Positions 49,652-62,529 are shown, counted from the first letter of the stretch. The stretch: 64,000 bases of DNA from Gammaproteobacteria bacterium (GCA_965222155.1 CBDCTH010000004.1:512001-576000), one strand, 5' to 3'. Made by a program: numbers and translations. The notes: a model not told the origin generated them from the letters alone.

Positions 49652-49699
49652 ATTCACAGTTATACTTCGCTTTTCGGGAATTAAGAATACAAAATCAAG

Positions 49700-50236
49700 A
49701 TGCTGAAATCATCATTTCTCTTATTCATTTGCCTGGCCCTGTTAACCGCCGGGTGCGGTACGGAGAAGACCGCGCGCCAGGCATTTGAGGCTGGAGATTA
49801 CATAACCGCGTATAACCTGTTCAGGCCCAGAGCCGAGGCCGGCGATAGCGAGGCGCAAAATTACCTGGGCGTGCATTATTATCTGGGCCTGGGTGTAAAA
49901 CGGGATTGGCACCAGGCACTGCAATGGTATGATAAAGCGGCAAAACAGGGAGACCCCAAGGCTCAACTCAACTATGGCCTGATGTTCCATAACGCCTATG
50001 GTACGGACAAGGACATCGTTGCGGCTTTTATGTGGTATTACGCTTCCTACCGGCAGGGCAATGCGATTGCCGCGCGTTATATGAATTCTCTGGCGGCAGA
50101 TAACCTGCTGAGTCCGAACCAGATAAATTATGCCAAGCTCCAGGCAAAAAAATACATCACCAACCCCGTAGTTGCGGAGCAAGGCTCAGAAGGCAGATTG
50201 TTTCGCGGTCAGCAACAAACCGCGGTCAGCCCGTAA
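49700..50236 (+). CDS. Sel1-repeat lipoprotein
   Basis: Lipobox LTAGC; [16 protein letters not shown] and AQLNYGLMF repeats. Confidence 0.85.
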   Translation: MLKSSFLLFICLALLTAGCGTEKTARQAFEAGDYITAYNLFRPRAEAGDSEAQNYLGVHYYLGLGVKRDWHQALQWYDKAAKQGDPKAQLNYGLMFHNAYGTDKDIVAAFMWYYASYRQGNAIAARYMNSLAADNLLSPNQINYAKLQAKKYITNPVVAEQGSEGRLFRGQQQTAVSP

Positions 50237-52065
50237 TGTGTGGTATTGTCGGCGCGGTTGCGGAAAGGGATGTTACGCCTATTTTGCTGGAAGGGTTGCG
50301 GCGCCTGGAATATCGTGGATACGATTCCGCCGGCATTGTAGTTGTCGATAAAACTGCCGGTTTCAATCGCCTGAGGGTCCAGGGTAAGGTCAATGTACTT
50401 GCCCAATCCGTCGGCGCATCATCGCTGCACGGCAAAACCGGTCTTGCCCATACCCGCTGGGCCACCCATGGCCGTCCCAGCGTCAATAATGCCCACCCCC
50501 ATATCTGTAAAGATGAAATTGCCCTGGTGCATAATGGCATTATTGAGAATCATGAAGCGCTCCGGACAGAACAGGCAGGCGCCGGCTACACGTTCGCATC
50601 GGAAACGGATACGGAGGTTGTCGTCAATCAGATTCATTACCACCTGCAGGGCAACGGAGACCTGCTCTCAGCGGTAAAAAACACCGTGGCGCAAATTGAG
50701 GGCACCTACGCACTGGGTGTAATCGACAGAAACCGACCGGAACGACTGGTAGCCGCAAGACAAGGCAGCCCCCTGGTTATCGGTGTGGGTATCGGTGAGC
50801 ATTTTATTGCTTCCGACGTCTTTGCCCTGTTACCGGTAACGCGGAAGTTTATTATTCTGGAAGAAGGAGACCTTGCCGAGGTCTGCAGGGACCGAGTAAC
50901 TGTTTATGACCGGGACGGCAACCCGGTGCGGCGTCCACTGGTTACCTCGGAACTTTCTCCGGACAGCGCCGATAAAACCGGTTATCGCCATTATATGGCA
51001 AAGGAAATATTCAACCAGCCGGTCGCTGTCGCTGACACCCTGGAAGGCAGGATTGATAACGGCGGAATTATCGAGTCTGAATTTGGCATGGCAGCCGCCG
51101 GTCTTTTCGACCGTGTGGAAAACATTCATATTATCGCCTGTGGCAGCAGTTACCACGCGGGGCTGATCGCCAGGTACTGGCTGGAAGCAGAGGGCATTCA
51201 GTGCAGTGTCGATATCGCCAGCGAATACCGCTATCGCAGCAGCGTAGTCCCGGCAAATACCTTGTTTCTGACAATTTCCCAATCGGGCGAAACCCTGGAT
51301 GTTCTCGAGGCCCTGCGGCTGGCCGGAACCCGACCTTATCTGGCGAGACTTGCAATCTGTAATGTTCCGGAAAGTTCATTGACGCGTGAGGCGGATATGG
51401 TTTTCCTCACCCGCGCCGGGATAGAAATCGGCGTCGCATCAACCAAGACGTTTACCACGCAGTTGGTTGCCCTGGTTATGCTGACGACCGTACTGGCGCG
51501 TCGGCGCGGATTGGATAAAGAGAAGGAATTGCGACTGGTCAACCAGTTGGAAAGATTGCCCGGCCAGATTAACCATGTACTTGAATTGGATGGGCGCCTG
51601 GAAAAACTGGCTGAGGAGTTCATCCACAAACAGCACACCTTGTTTCTGGGCAGGGGAATGATGCTGCCGGTTGCCATGGAGGGCGCGCTAAAACTGAAGG
51701 AAATTTCCTATATTCACGCAGAAGCCTACGCGGCAGGGGAATTGAAACACGGCCCCCTGGCGCTGATAGATGATGAAATGCCGGTCATTGCAGTTGCGCC
51801 GAACAACAGTTTACTTGGAAAATTAAACTCCAATTTACAGGAAGTCCGGGCCCGTGGCGCCAGGCTGTATGTATTTACAGACGCGGATATCGGTATGGAA
51901 ATGAGTTCCACCATTAAAGTCCTGCAGTTGTCGACAGTCGAAAACAGCATCGCACCGATTGTGTATACCGTGCCGTTGCAATTACTTTCCTACCACGTGG
52001 CAGTACTCAAGGGAGCTGATGTCGACCAGCCCAGGAACCTGGCCAAATCCGTAACGGTTGAATAA
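50236..52065 (+). CDS. glmS: Glutamine--fructose-6-phosphate aminotransferase
   Basis: MCGIVG, EYRGYDSAG, HTRWATHG, ELKHGP, PRNLAKSVTVE. Confidence 0.98.
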   Translation: MCGIVGAVAERDVTPILLEGLRRLEYRGYDSAGIVVVDKTAGFNRLRVQGKVNVLAQSVGASSLHGKTGLAHTRWATHGRPSVNNAHPHICKDEIALVHNGIIENHEALRTEQAGAGYTFASETDTEVVVNQIHYHLQGNGDLLSAVKNTVAQIEGTYALGVIDRNRPERLVAARQGSPLVIGVGIGEHFIASDVFALLPVTRKFIILEEGDLAEVCRDRVTVYDRDGNPVRRPLVTSELSPDSADKTGYRHYMAKEIFNQPVAVADTLEGRIDNGGIIESEFGMAAAGLFDRVENIHIIACGSSYHAGLIARYWLEAEGIQCSVDIASEYRYRSSVVPANTLFLTISQSGETLDVLEALRLAGTRPYLARLAICNVPESSLTREADMVFLTRAGIEIGVASTKTFTTQLVALVMLTTVLARRRGLDKEKELRLVNQLERLPGQINHVLELDGRLEKLAEEFIHKQHTLFLGRGMMLPVAMEGALKLKEISYIHAEAYAAGELKHGPLALIDDEMPVIAVAPNNSLLGKLNSNLQEVRARGARLYVFTDADIGMEMSSTIKVLQLSTVENSIAPIVYTVPLQLLSYHVAVLKGADVDQPRNLAKSVTVE

Positions 52066-52087
52066 TTGTATGCACAGGTTTTTTATT

Positions 52088-52201
52088 GCCACAGAGGACA
52101 CAAAGAAAAAATATCATGAAAACTGCTTCGGAAGAAATAACGAACACTGTGTTTCCCGGGATGTTGATTAAGCCCCCGGTTGACTCTGTGCCCTCTGTGG
52201 C
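52088..52201. repeat. 9-bp-period hairpin cassette, copy 4
   Basis: TATTGCCACAGAGGACACAAAG...CTCTGTGCCCTCTGTGGCAATA. Confidence 0.8.
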
Positions 52202-52219
52202 AATACTAATCCATGTCAG

Positions 52220-52798
52220 TTATCGGATTAACGCCTGAACTTCCTGAGATAGCTGCTCGTCCGCGCCGCGTACCCATTCAAACAACACGGACTCTGCATC
52301 GCAGATGATAATCCCCGCCCTTCCCAGGCGTCGTAATGCAGTTTCATAGTTTTCCCTTTGCCGGGAACATACCGCATCCGCTACCACAAAAACCGTGTAG
52401 CCCCGGTTATGCAGGTCAAGCGCGGTTTGTAATACACAAACATGTGCTTCCATGCCGACCAGTATGGCCTGCTTCCTCCTTGTTGAGGTCAAATCAGCGG
52501 CAAAATTGTCGGCGCCCGTGCAGGAAAACGCGGTTTTTTCATACAGTTTTGCCGTCGGTGGTAACAACTTCCGGATTTCCAGTTCCATATTGCCCAGCCC
52601 ATCGGGAGATCGTTCCGTAGCAAAAACCGGGAGCGCCAGCTTAATGGCCGTATTAACCAGCAACCATGTATTTCTTTGCAGCCTCGCCAGTACCTTGGCC
52701 GGCATGACGGCGGTTAATTCCGTCTGTATGTCAATAATGACCAATACGGAATTTCCGGCGTCACAAAGTGATGTGTAGTTTTCATCGGTAGCTGTCAT
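52220..52798 (-). CDS. Isochorismatase-family hydrolase
   Basis: IIDIQ, KTAFSC, GMEAHVCVLQT, VADAVCSR. Confidence 0.9.
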   Translation of the reverse strand: MTATDENYTSLCDAGNSVLVIIDIQTELTAVMPAKVLARLQRNTWLLVNTAIKLALPVFATERSPDGLGNMELEIRKLLPPTAKLYEKTAFSCTGADNFAADLTSTRRKQAILVGMEAHVCVLQTALDLHNRGYTVFVVADAVCSRQRENYETALRRLGRAGIIICDAESVLFEWVRGADEQLSQEVQALIR

Positions 52799-52823
52799 GA
52801 TCGTTATCCAGGCTGCTATCGTG

Positions 52824-54149
52824 TCAGTCCAGCCAACGGTTCACCTGGGACAGGTCGTCCACCGACAGGCTGCCCGAAGCCTGCTTCAGGCGTAAGCTAT
52901 CCAGCAGGTAATCATAACGGGCGCGGGCATAATCCCGTCTGGCCTGAGAGGTAGCCTGTTCCGCCGCGACGACATCCACCGCAGTGCGCGTCCCGACCTC
53001 AAAGCCGGCCTCAGTAGCTTCCAATGCAGTCTCACTGGAGATCACGGCCTGGTTCAAGGCATTGACCCGGCTTATTCCGGAAATAACACCCAGGTATGCC
53101 TGCCGCGTCATGCGTTGTGCGTTTCTGCGTGCCTGTTCCAGCCGTTCCAGTTCTGCGTTGAGACGTTCATGGGTTTCCCGTACTCGCGAACTTACGAACC
53201 CTCCCTGGAACAGCGGAACGTTGACCTGTACGCCTATTGAATTTATCGTATTTTCATAAGAACCAAAACGCCCTCCGGCACTGTCCAAACTATGCCGGGC
53301 AACCATATCTACGCTGGGAAGGTGGCCCGCGCGTTGCTTTTGCACTTCCCGGCGGGCGCTGTCCACGGCATGCTGTACAGCCAGCACATTCAGGTTTTGC
53401 TCCAGCGCAGCGCCGGTCCAGGTCTCGATTTCCTCAGGTTCCGGGCTTACCAGGGGCATGGTTTCTCCCAGCAATGCCAGGTCGGATAAATAGACGCCGG
53501 TGATCTCGCGCAATGCTTCCTGGGCATTATCAACATTGTTGCGCGCGGCTATTTCCGCGGCAAATGCCCGATCGTAGCCTGCCTGGGCTTCCTGTACGTC
53601 GGTAGTGGCGCTGAGTCCCACTTCAAAACGTTGTTTTGCCTGGTCCAGTTGCCGACTCAGGGATTTTTTTTCGGCTTCTGCAAATCCCAGGTTGTCATAA
53701 GCGGCCAATACCTCGAAATAAGCAGCGGTAGTGCGCACAATCAAATCCTGCCGGGCTGCGATCAATTCCGCGTCTGCCTGTTTTATCAGGTTATCCGCTT
53801 GCAGGTAGCCGATGATGCGGTCACCACTGAACAACGGTTGAGTCAGGTTCAGGCTGTAGCCGTGGCTGTCGTAGCTCACTTTGCCGGGCCTGTCTATGGG
53901 ATTGAACTCAGAGGTGATATCTTCTTCATTTTTAAAGGCGTTAGCGCTGAATGTAAGTGTTGGCAGGAGTTGTGCCAGAGCCTGGGGGCGTTGCTCCAGG
54001 ACCGCGCGTTGTGTTGCGGCCACCTGCCGGTATTGCGGGTCGCTATCCAGGGCATATGCGTAGATTTCGAGTAAATCTGCCGCGTAAGCGATGTCCATGC
54101 AGATAAACAGGAAAATGACATTCAGGAGTTTACGGCAGGCTACTCTCAT
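52824..54149 (-). CDS. tolC: TolC-family outer-membrane channel
   Basis: Signal peptide, ADLLEIY, RFEVGL, GHLPSV, GFEVGTRTAVDV, ARYDYL. Confidence 0.9.
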   Translation of the reverse strand: MRVACRKLLNVIFLFICMDIAYAADLLEIYAYALDSDPQYRQVAATQRAVLEQRPQALAQLLPTLTFSANAFKNEEDITSEFNPIDRPGKVSYDSHGYSLNLTQPLFSGDRIIGYLQADNLIKQADAELIAARQDLIVRTTAAYFEVLAAYDNLGFAEAEKKSLSRQLDQAKQRFEVGLSATTDVQEAQAGYDRAFAAEIAARNNVDNAQEALREITGVYLSDLALLGETMPLVSPEPEEIETWTGAALEQNLNVLAVQHAVDSARREVQKQRAGHLPSVDMVARHSLDSAGGRFGSYENTINSIGVQVNVPLFQGGFVSSRVRETHERLNAELERLEQARRNAQRMTRQAYLGVISGISRVNALNQAVISSETALEATEAGFEVGTRTAVDVVAAEQATSQARRDYARARYDYLLDSLRLKQASGSLSVDDLSQVNRWLD

Positions 54150-54192
54150 GTTGTGTACTTTAGGGTTTCAGTTTGATAAGTGAGGGGATGTT

Positions 54193-56456
<2,264 letters not shown>

Positions 56457-56543
56457 GATAAGGGGATAGATTTGTTTTTATTTCAATAGATACTTGCAAA
56501 CAGGTAGGCAATTTATGTATAGGGTCAGCAAGCAGATGCAAGT

Positions 56544-56639
56544 CGTCATTCCGGCGCATGCCGGAATCCAGTGGATAAAGTCTCCTTTCATTATAATGAA
56601 TTTTCTAGTGACTGGATTCCGGCATGCGCCGGAATGACG
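56544..56639. repeat. REP-like doublet hairpin
   Basis: CGTCATTCCGGCGCATGCCGGAATCCAGT...ACTGGATTCCGGCATGCGCCGGAATGACG; spacer shares TTATAATGAAT with the 7211-7302 copy. Confidence 0.88.
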
Positions 56640-56712
56640 GCAGTGCATTCACCGGCATGAGAACGGGTTTGCATTTCGTTGAGGTTTGCCGGAAGCTGTC
56701 CCAGTCCCTCCA

Positions 56713-59328
56713 ATGACAGACTTCCAACCACTGATTGCGGCAGCGCCTGACCCCGAGGTTGCCGCACTCAGGTTTGATCGACTGCGGGAAGATGATGCCC
56801 TGCGCAAGGAACTGGATCTGCTGCCGGAATCCCGTGCGGCCGATTTCGTCAATATTATTGGTTATTCAGCCTTCCTGTTTAATTATATCTGCCGCAATCC
56901 GCAAACCATTCGCCTGCTGGGCGAACCTTGTGAAATCACTCCCGAACAACTGGACGGCATCCACGACCCTGAAGCCTTGCGGCGTTTCAAGTATGAGCAG
57001 TTGTTGAAAATAACCTGGATGGATGTATCGGGTCGTTATCCTTACGAAATTATTCTGGATCGGCTGAGCCTGCTGGCTGATTACATTCTCAGGAAGGTAT
57101 TTGCCCTTAGCTTCAGCACGGCTGATAAAAATGATCCGGGTAAATACATCAGTATTTTTGCGTTGGGGAAACTGGGAGCAGGCGAACTGAATTACAGTTC
57201 CGACGTAGACCTGATCTTTGTCGGCGGCAATCACGATGGAACCAGCGGATTGAAGCCACACGAATTACAGGGCGCGTTGACAAAAGGACTGAGGCAGTTC
57301 ACCAGAATGCTGGAGCAAACCACCCATAGCGGGTTTTTATACCGGGTTGACCTGAAACTCCGACCCTGGGGGAAAAGCGGACCGCTGTTTCTGTCCGTGG
57401 ACGAGACAGAGAATTATTACCAGGCCAGTACCGAGGCCTGGGAACGGCTGGCGTGGTTACGCGCCAGGTGCGTGGCGGGCAATGCAGACCTCGGCGAGGA
57501 ACTCCTTACCCGGTTGCGTCCCTTTGTCTTCATACGCTCCATGAGCAGCGCGGACCTGGAGCGGTTTGTCGCCATCAAGGGAGAAATGGCCAGGGTCCGG
57601 GCGCGCACTGGTCAATGGCATGTCAAGCTGGGTCGGGGCGGCATCAGGGACATTGAGTTCTTTGTCCAGATACTGCAACTGGTCAGCGCCGCAAAGCACG
57701 CCGAGTTGCGAACAACCAATACCCTGACGGTGCTGGAGAGCTTGCGCAAGCTGAACTTTATAGGAAGGGAGGAAGAACAGGAAATCAGGACCGCCTACCT
57801 GTTTTTGCGGCGCCTGGAAAACCGCCTGCAGATGGCGGATGAGAAACAGGTCCATGCTTTGCCGGATGACGCAGCAGGCAGGATACGAGTAGCGCGTTCC
57901 CTGAACATGGAAGGCCTGTCCGATGATGAAATTCTGGCAAATTTTGAACAATGCCTTAACGCCAACCGCAAGATAGCTGAAAACTATTTTGAAAAAATTC
58001 TGCCGGAGGCCGGGGATGACGGCGCGGGGACGGGTAATGAACCTCGCTTCACATTTGCAGGCGCCTGGAATAAGGTTCAGGCAGAGGTCAGTTTCACCCG
58101 CTGGACCGAATTATGCGAGAAGGAAAAATGGGGCGACAGACCGGCGAACAAAAACCTGATTATCAATATTTTCGGCGCAAGCTGGTATTTCACCCGATAT
58201 GTTTTTTTCCGAGGATATGAAATAACCGAGTTGATCGACCATTACCGGGATAAATCCATCAACGCTGATGAGATGATGCGGACGTTACAGGTGGACGCGT
58301 TCAAACAGGATGTTGAACTAGGGCTGAACGTTCTGTCATCAATAAAAAATCAATGGATGCTGTTGCTGCTCATTCGTTTTTTACTGGGAGAGATGGCGCT
58401 CGTGGAAGTGGAAAAAAACCTGACCCTGCTGGCAGAATGTGTTTTCAGCGCCATGATCAGGCATATGCACAAGGCCAACCGGCAGTTGTTTGACAACGTG
58501 GCGGTTCTGGGCATGGGCAGGATGGCAGGGTATGAGATGATATTCGGTTCCGATCTCGACCTGATATTCCTGTACCGGCCAAAATCCAGCGGAGATACCA
58601 CCCAGGCAGCACGTGAACTTCAGGGTTTAATGCGTCACCTGGCCAGGATATCCCCTGCCGGTCTGCTGTATGAAGTGGATATGCGTTTGCGGCCCCATGG
58701 CACATCCGGCTCACTGGTCACGCCAGTGGATTCCTTTATCGACTATCACCACTCTGAGCGCGCGGTCTGGGAGCGACAGATGATGACTCGCTGCCGGCCT
58801 ATCTATGATCCGCAAAACATGGGTATGGAGGCGTTGCAGGCGATCTCAGGCTCCATCTATGGAGGCCACGACATGGAATTGTTACAGGATGAAATTGTGA
58901 AAATGCGCGAACTGATAGAGGAGACACTGGGCAGCCCGCGCAATAAGCATGAAATAAAACGCGGCAAAGGCGGGATCATGGATATTGATTTTATTACACA
59001 TTTTCTGCAATTAAGTCATGGCGACAAACATGCTGCATTGCAAACGACAAGCACCCGAACGGCGCTAAACCGCTTGTCTGAACTGAATTACATTGACACA
59101 GACACCGCCGGGTTTTTATTGATGGCGTATAACTACCTGAAGAAAGCGGAAATCTGTATGCGCTTGATAGATTTGAAACCCAGCAGCACAATTCCGGCCG
59201 ACCATATACAAAATGCGGTACTGTCCAGGGGCATGGGCTTCGAGGATGGCCAGACCAGGGAATTTATGGAGGAATTTGTTGCGATCAGGGCAAAGGTCAG
59301 GGAAGCGTTTATTCGACTTGTTAGGTAA
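56713..59328 (+). CDS. glnE: Bifunctional glutamine synthetase adenylyltransferase/deadenylase
   Basis: Two nucleotidyltransferase domains: LGKLGAGELNYSSDVDL and MGRMAGYEMIFGSDLDL, each followed by VDxxLRP and GGIxDI. Confidence 0.85.
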   Translation: MTDFQPLIAAAPDPEVAALRFDRLREDDALRKELDLLPESRAADFVNIIGYSAFLFNYICRNPQTIRLLGEPCEITPEQLDGIHDPEALRRFKYEQLLKITWMDVSGRYPYEIILDRLSLLADYILRKVFALSFSTADKNDPGKYISIFALGKLGAGELNYSSDVDLIFVGGNHDGTSGLKPHELQGALTKGLRQFTRMLEQTTHSGFLYRVDLKLRPWGKSGPLFLSVDETENYYQASTEAWERLAWLRARCVAGNADLGEELLTRLRPFVFIRSMSSADLERFVAIKGEMARVRARTGQWHVKLGRGGIRDIEFFVQILQLVSAAKHAELRTTNTLTVLESLRKLNFIGREEEQEIRTAYLFLRRLENRLQMADEKQVHALPDDAAGRIRVARSLNMEGLSDDEILANFEQCLNANRKIAENYFEKILPEAGDDGAGTGNEPRFTFAGAWNKVQAEVSFTRWTELCEKEKWGDRPANKNLIINIFGASWYFTRYVFFRGYEITELIDHYRDKSINADEMMRTLQVDAFKQDVELGLNVLSSIKNQWMLLLLIRFLLGEMALVEVEKNLTLLAECVFSAMIRHMHKANRQLFDNVAVLGMGRMAGYEMIFGSDLDLIFLYRPKSSGDTTQAARELQGLMRHLARISPAGLLYEVDMRLRPHGTSGSLVTPVDSFIDYHHSERAVWERQMMTRCRPIYDPQNMGMEALQAISGSIYGGHDMELLQDEIVKMRELIEETLGSPRNKHEIKRGKGGIMDIDFITHFLQLSHGDKHAALQTTSTRTALNRLSELNYIDTDTAGFLLMAYNYLKKAEICMRLIDLKPSSTIPADHIQNAVLSRGMGFEDGQTREFMEEFVAIRAKVREAFIRLVR

Positions 59329-59336
59329 GTATTCTG

Positions 59337-59477
59337 GCCACAAAGGGCACAGAGTACACAGAGTGGGCTTGTAAAGCGATTATATAGACCTATAGGACTG
59401 AAACAGAGCCCGTTACAGCGGACCTAAACCGGACTATATAGCAGGCATTAAACCTTGATCTCTGTGTCCTCTGCGGC
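59337..59477. repeat. 9-bp-period hairpin cassette, copy 5
   Basis: GCCACAAAGGGCACAGAGTACACAGAG...CTCTGTGTCCTCTGCGGC between convergent stop codons. Confidence 0.8.
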
Positions 59478-59484
59478 TTTAACC

Positions 59485-60483
59485 TTAAATCGGTTCGCAC
59501 GGGAAGAACTTCTCCTCCGGTATGTATGAAAGCAGGGTATTCCTGCAAAAAGATAATAAATCGTCACGCAGGGTCTCCCGGTATGTGACCATACCGTCAC
59601 CGGTTTCCTGCAGTGGTGAAGCGAACAGGACCTCTTCCGGGTAGAGGCGCGACAGGGTCTGATAAAATGATTTGGGTAGACGAAAACTCCCCAGGCTGAC
59701 CGAGTGGAGCAACGCCGTATCGATGTGTTTGAATACCTGCTCGAACAACTTCTCATATTGTTCCATTACCCCTTCCTGATAAATCAGCGGGTCGAAACGC
59801 AGCCCGATTTGCCAGCCGTGCGCCTGTAGTCGTTGCAGCGCTTGCAGCCGTTTACTCACCGGGGGTGTTTTATATTCAATGGCCGCGGCGATTTCAGCCG
59901 GCGTAAAACTGTAGGCGATAATACAATTGGGCGCCGGTTCTTGAGCCAGTAACGAACGGATTTGGGTACTCTTGGTACGTAATTCCAGCAAGGCCCGGGG
60001 ATATGTCCTGAATACGGGTAGAAATTCCTTCACAAAGTCCGTTATGGGTTCTAACGCGAGGCTGTCGCAGTCATAACCGGAAAAGAAATGGATCGAGGCG
60101 TTGTCTGCCGCCCGGATCTTTTCTGTGATGGCCTGGATAAAATCCTCATAGTTCACGAATATGACGTAATGCGCCGAGCGGTACATGCCCTGCAGGAAAC
60201 AGTATCGGCAGTCATAGATGCAGTTCAGCATATGGGAGAAATAATAATTCCGGTCTCCCCCGATGGCGTACTCGGGCGGGGAAGGCAGCACGTGGTTTGC
60301 AAACTTCTCGGCCAGGATCAACGCCGGCTTGATTTTCTGCAGGCGAAAGTTCTGTGCCCTGCGGTTAAAAATTTCGCCGTAACGCGTGCATTCCGTTACT
60401 GTCGCGTCCGGGAATTTCTGCATAATTGCACGCGCCCGGGGGTGCTCAAGCAGGGCTTCCTCAATGTAAATCTGATCTATCAT
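59485..60483 (-). CDS. Spore-photoproduct-lyase-like radical SAM protein
   Basis: NCIYDCRYCFLQG (CxxxCxxC), DSLALE, LELRTKS, GLRFDP. Confidence 0.85.
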   Translation of the reverse strand: MIDQIYIEEALLEHPRARAIMQKFPDATVTECTRYGEIFNRRAQNFRLQKIKPALILAEKFANHVLPSPPEYAIGGDRNYYFSHMLNCIYDCRYCFLQGMYRSAHYVIFVNYEDFIQAITEKIRAADNASIHFFSGYDCDSLALEPITDFVKEFLPVFRTYPRALLELRTKSTQIRSLLAQEPAPNCIIAYSFTPAEIAAAIEYKTPPVSKRLQALQRLQAHGWQIGLRFDPLIYQEGVMEQYEKLFEQVFKHIDTALLHSVSLGSFRLPKSFYQTLSRLYPEEVLFASPLQETGDGMVTYRETLRDDLLSFCRNTLLSYIPEEKFFPCEPI

Positions 60484-60736
60484 TGCTCTTTATTATAAGC
60501 CACAGAGTACACAGAGAGCACAGCGCGCGATAGTGCATGCCTTCGGCCCGTCATACCGGCGCATGCCGGTATCCAGTCGACAAGACAATCCCTTGCTCTT
60601 TATTATAAGCCACAGAGTACACAGAGAGCACAGCGCGTGATAGTGCATGGCTTCGGCCCGTCATACCGGCGCATGCCGGTATCCAGTAAACAACTTTTTC
60701 CTTTATGTTGTCGGTGCCCTTTGTGCCCTCTGTGGC
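60483..60736. repeat. 9-bp-period cassette, copy 6, with 110-bp-period duplication carrying REP halves
   Basis: TTGCTCTTTATTATAAGCCACAGAGTACACAGAG...GTCATACCGGCGCATGCCGGTATCCAGT at 60483 and 60593; right arm ends at 60736. Confidence 0.88.
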
Positions 60737-60737
60737 T

Positions 60738-61550
60738 TTAACGGAACTTGATGGGGGCCTTGTCCAGTTCGTCACGCAGGAATTTAAGGACTTCCCTGGC
60801 GGAGTTCTGCCCGGCCAGGCGCCCGGCCAATCCCGTATCTCCGGGATAAAGTGCTTGCCATTTTCTGAGCGCAGCCTGTAACTGGTGTTGCCGGCTGACA
60901 CTGAAATGACGCTCCTTGATGATTGCATGGTAGTTCGGGCCCGGGTCGTTAAGCCGCTGTTGCAGTGCCGTGAGTGAAAGCAGTTGCCGAATGATGTCTT
61001 CAACCACAGGCAGGTTTTGCATCATCAAGCGGCTGATGAGCTTTGGGTCGACGCCCTCCATGGGCTGGTCGGCATTATCTGAGATAATCTTCACTGCCTG
61101 TACCAATTCCAGGGTCGCAAATCCGGTTACGGCCTGAAAATATCCCGCGCCTTCCATGTCGAATAATTCGCTTCGATATTCGCTGCCGGGTTGCTCCAGA
61201 GTGATCAGGTCGTGGGCAGGCAGTGTTGTGTCAAAAACGCGGGACGGAAACCAGGTCTGTCCGGAACCGGCATCGGTTATCTTTTTTATGATGACCGCCT
61301 GGCCGAGCGGCAAGCTTGCATGACCGGCAATGCCCAGGTTAAGCCAGGCGTGTGACCTGCCGGCCTTGTAATGATCGCGGGTACGGGTCACTGCCGCCGC
61401 CGCCGCGGGTTTGCCGATACCTGAGATGGTGAGTGTGATTTGCCCGTCCGGATTCCGGTAGATTGGAACCCTGCCGGCCAGTGGCTGCATGGCAAAATAA
61501 TCCAGCAATGGCCGGGCCTCAGGTTTCAGGGCACAGATTATGTGGAGCAT
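60738..61550 (-). CDS. Nucleoside phosphorylase/nucleosidase-like protein
   Basis: ALKPEA, TISGIG, NLGIAG, DMEGAG, KIISD (PNP_UDP_1-like). Confidence 0.75.
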   Translation of the reverse strand: MLHIICALKPEARPLLDYFAMQPLAGRVPIYRNPDGQITLTISGIGKPAAAAAVTRTRDHYKAGRSHAWLNLGIAGHASLPLGQAVIIKKITDAGSGQTWFPSRVFDTTLPAHDLITLEQPGSEYRSELFDMEGAGYFQAVTGFATLELVQAVKIISDNADQPMEGVDPKLISRLMMQNLPVVEDIIRQLLSLTALQQRLNDPGPNYHAIIKERHFSVSRQHQLQAALRKWQALYPGDTGLAGRLAGQNSAREVLKFLRDELDKAPIKFR

Positions 61551-62374
61551 TGACCCGCGTAGTGGGCCAGCAACTGTTCACATTCGGCGACATATATCCG
61601 ATTGTTGTATTTTCTGGCGCCGTTTAAATATATCCCGACCTTACTGACCAGTGTGTCTATCGCTGCTTTCCTGTCGGACGTTTCCAGTTCCACTTCATTG
61701 AGAATTCTGTCTATCGACCTGATCCGGTAGCGGTCCATTCCCCAATAGCGGGTTGAGAGTTGGTCACTGTGCCCGCCGTACTTGGTAATCAGGGGTTCAT
61801 GGATAAATAATACCGGCATCCGGGCACAGATGCGCAGCCATAAGTCGTAATCCTCACAAGCCGGCAGCGTTTCATCGAACAGGCCGACCTGTTCGAATAC
61901 GCTCCGGTGAATGATGACGGATGAAGGGGAGATGACGCAAAGAGGCAGACAATATTTGAATATTGAACCACCGTATTTCCGGTGCTTGCGCTGCGGGTTT
62001 ATACGGACGCCGTTACGTATCCATATTTCATCAGTGTGAATGACATTACTGCCGGGAGATTTCTCAATAAGTTGTACCTGCCGCCCCAACTTGCCGGGAG
62101 ACCAGGTATCGTCTGAATCAAGAAACGCCAGCCAATCACCTTTTGCTGCGCGTATACCTGCATTCCTGGCCGCGCTTACCCCCTTGTTTGTCTGCGAGAT
62201 TAAATTTATCCCGGGATAGTCCCGTTGCGCCAGGGACCGGGTCGCGTCGGTGGAACCGTCATCGACGACAATGATTTCAATAGGTGCATAGTTCTGGGAG
62301 ACAACCGAATTCAGGCACCTGGGTAACAGGTGGGCGCGGTTATAACTGGGGATGATAACGCTTACAGATTTCAT
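61538..62374 (-). CDS. GT2 glycosyltransferase
   Basis: SVIIPSYNR, VVDDGSTD, GVSAARNAG, FLDSDD, CEDYDLWLR. Confidence 0.92.
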   Translation of the reverse strand: MKSVSVIIPSYNRAHLLPRCLNSVVSQNYAPIEIIVVDDGSTDATRSLAQRDYPGINLISQTNKGVSAARNAGIRAAKGDWLAFLDSDDTWSPGKLGRQVQLIEKSPGSNVIHTDEIWIRNGVRINPQRKHRKYGGSIFKYCLPLCVISPSSVIIHRSVFEQVGLFDETLPACEDYDLWLRICARMPVLFIHEPLITKYGGHSDQLSTRYWGMDRYRIRSIDRILNEVELETSDRKAAIDTLVSKVGIYLNGARKYNNRIYVAECEQLLAHYAGQCST

Positions 62375-62392
62375 GTGTCTGACGTAGTATAA

Positions 62393-62529
62393 GCCACAGA
62401 GGGCATAGAGATCACAGAGTCCGGTTTAGAGGGTTTTTTAATATGTCCCTGATGGAACATAATCACGAAGAATGCCCGTATATTAAAAAAGCCTTCAATC
62501 CACTCTGTGATCTCTATGCCCTCTGTGGC
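62393..62529. repeat. 9-bp-period hairpin cassette, copy 7
   Basis: Perfect 28-bp IR GCCACAGAGGGCATAGAGATCACAGAGT. Confidence 0.9.

Noticed and set aside
52066-52219. Tn7 insertion at attTn7 downstream of glmS
   Set aside because: No tns genes or TGT...ACA ends; the element there belongs to the 9-mer family found at six other sites, so its position is probably coincidental
52116-52238. Mini-ORF MKTASEEITNTV... as a GxxExxY remnant
   Set aside because: Resemblance covers only a few residues and cannot be supported without a search
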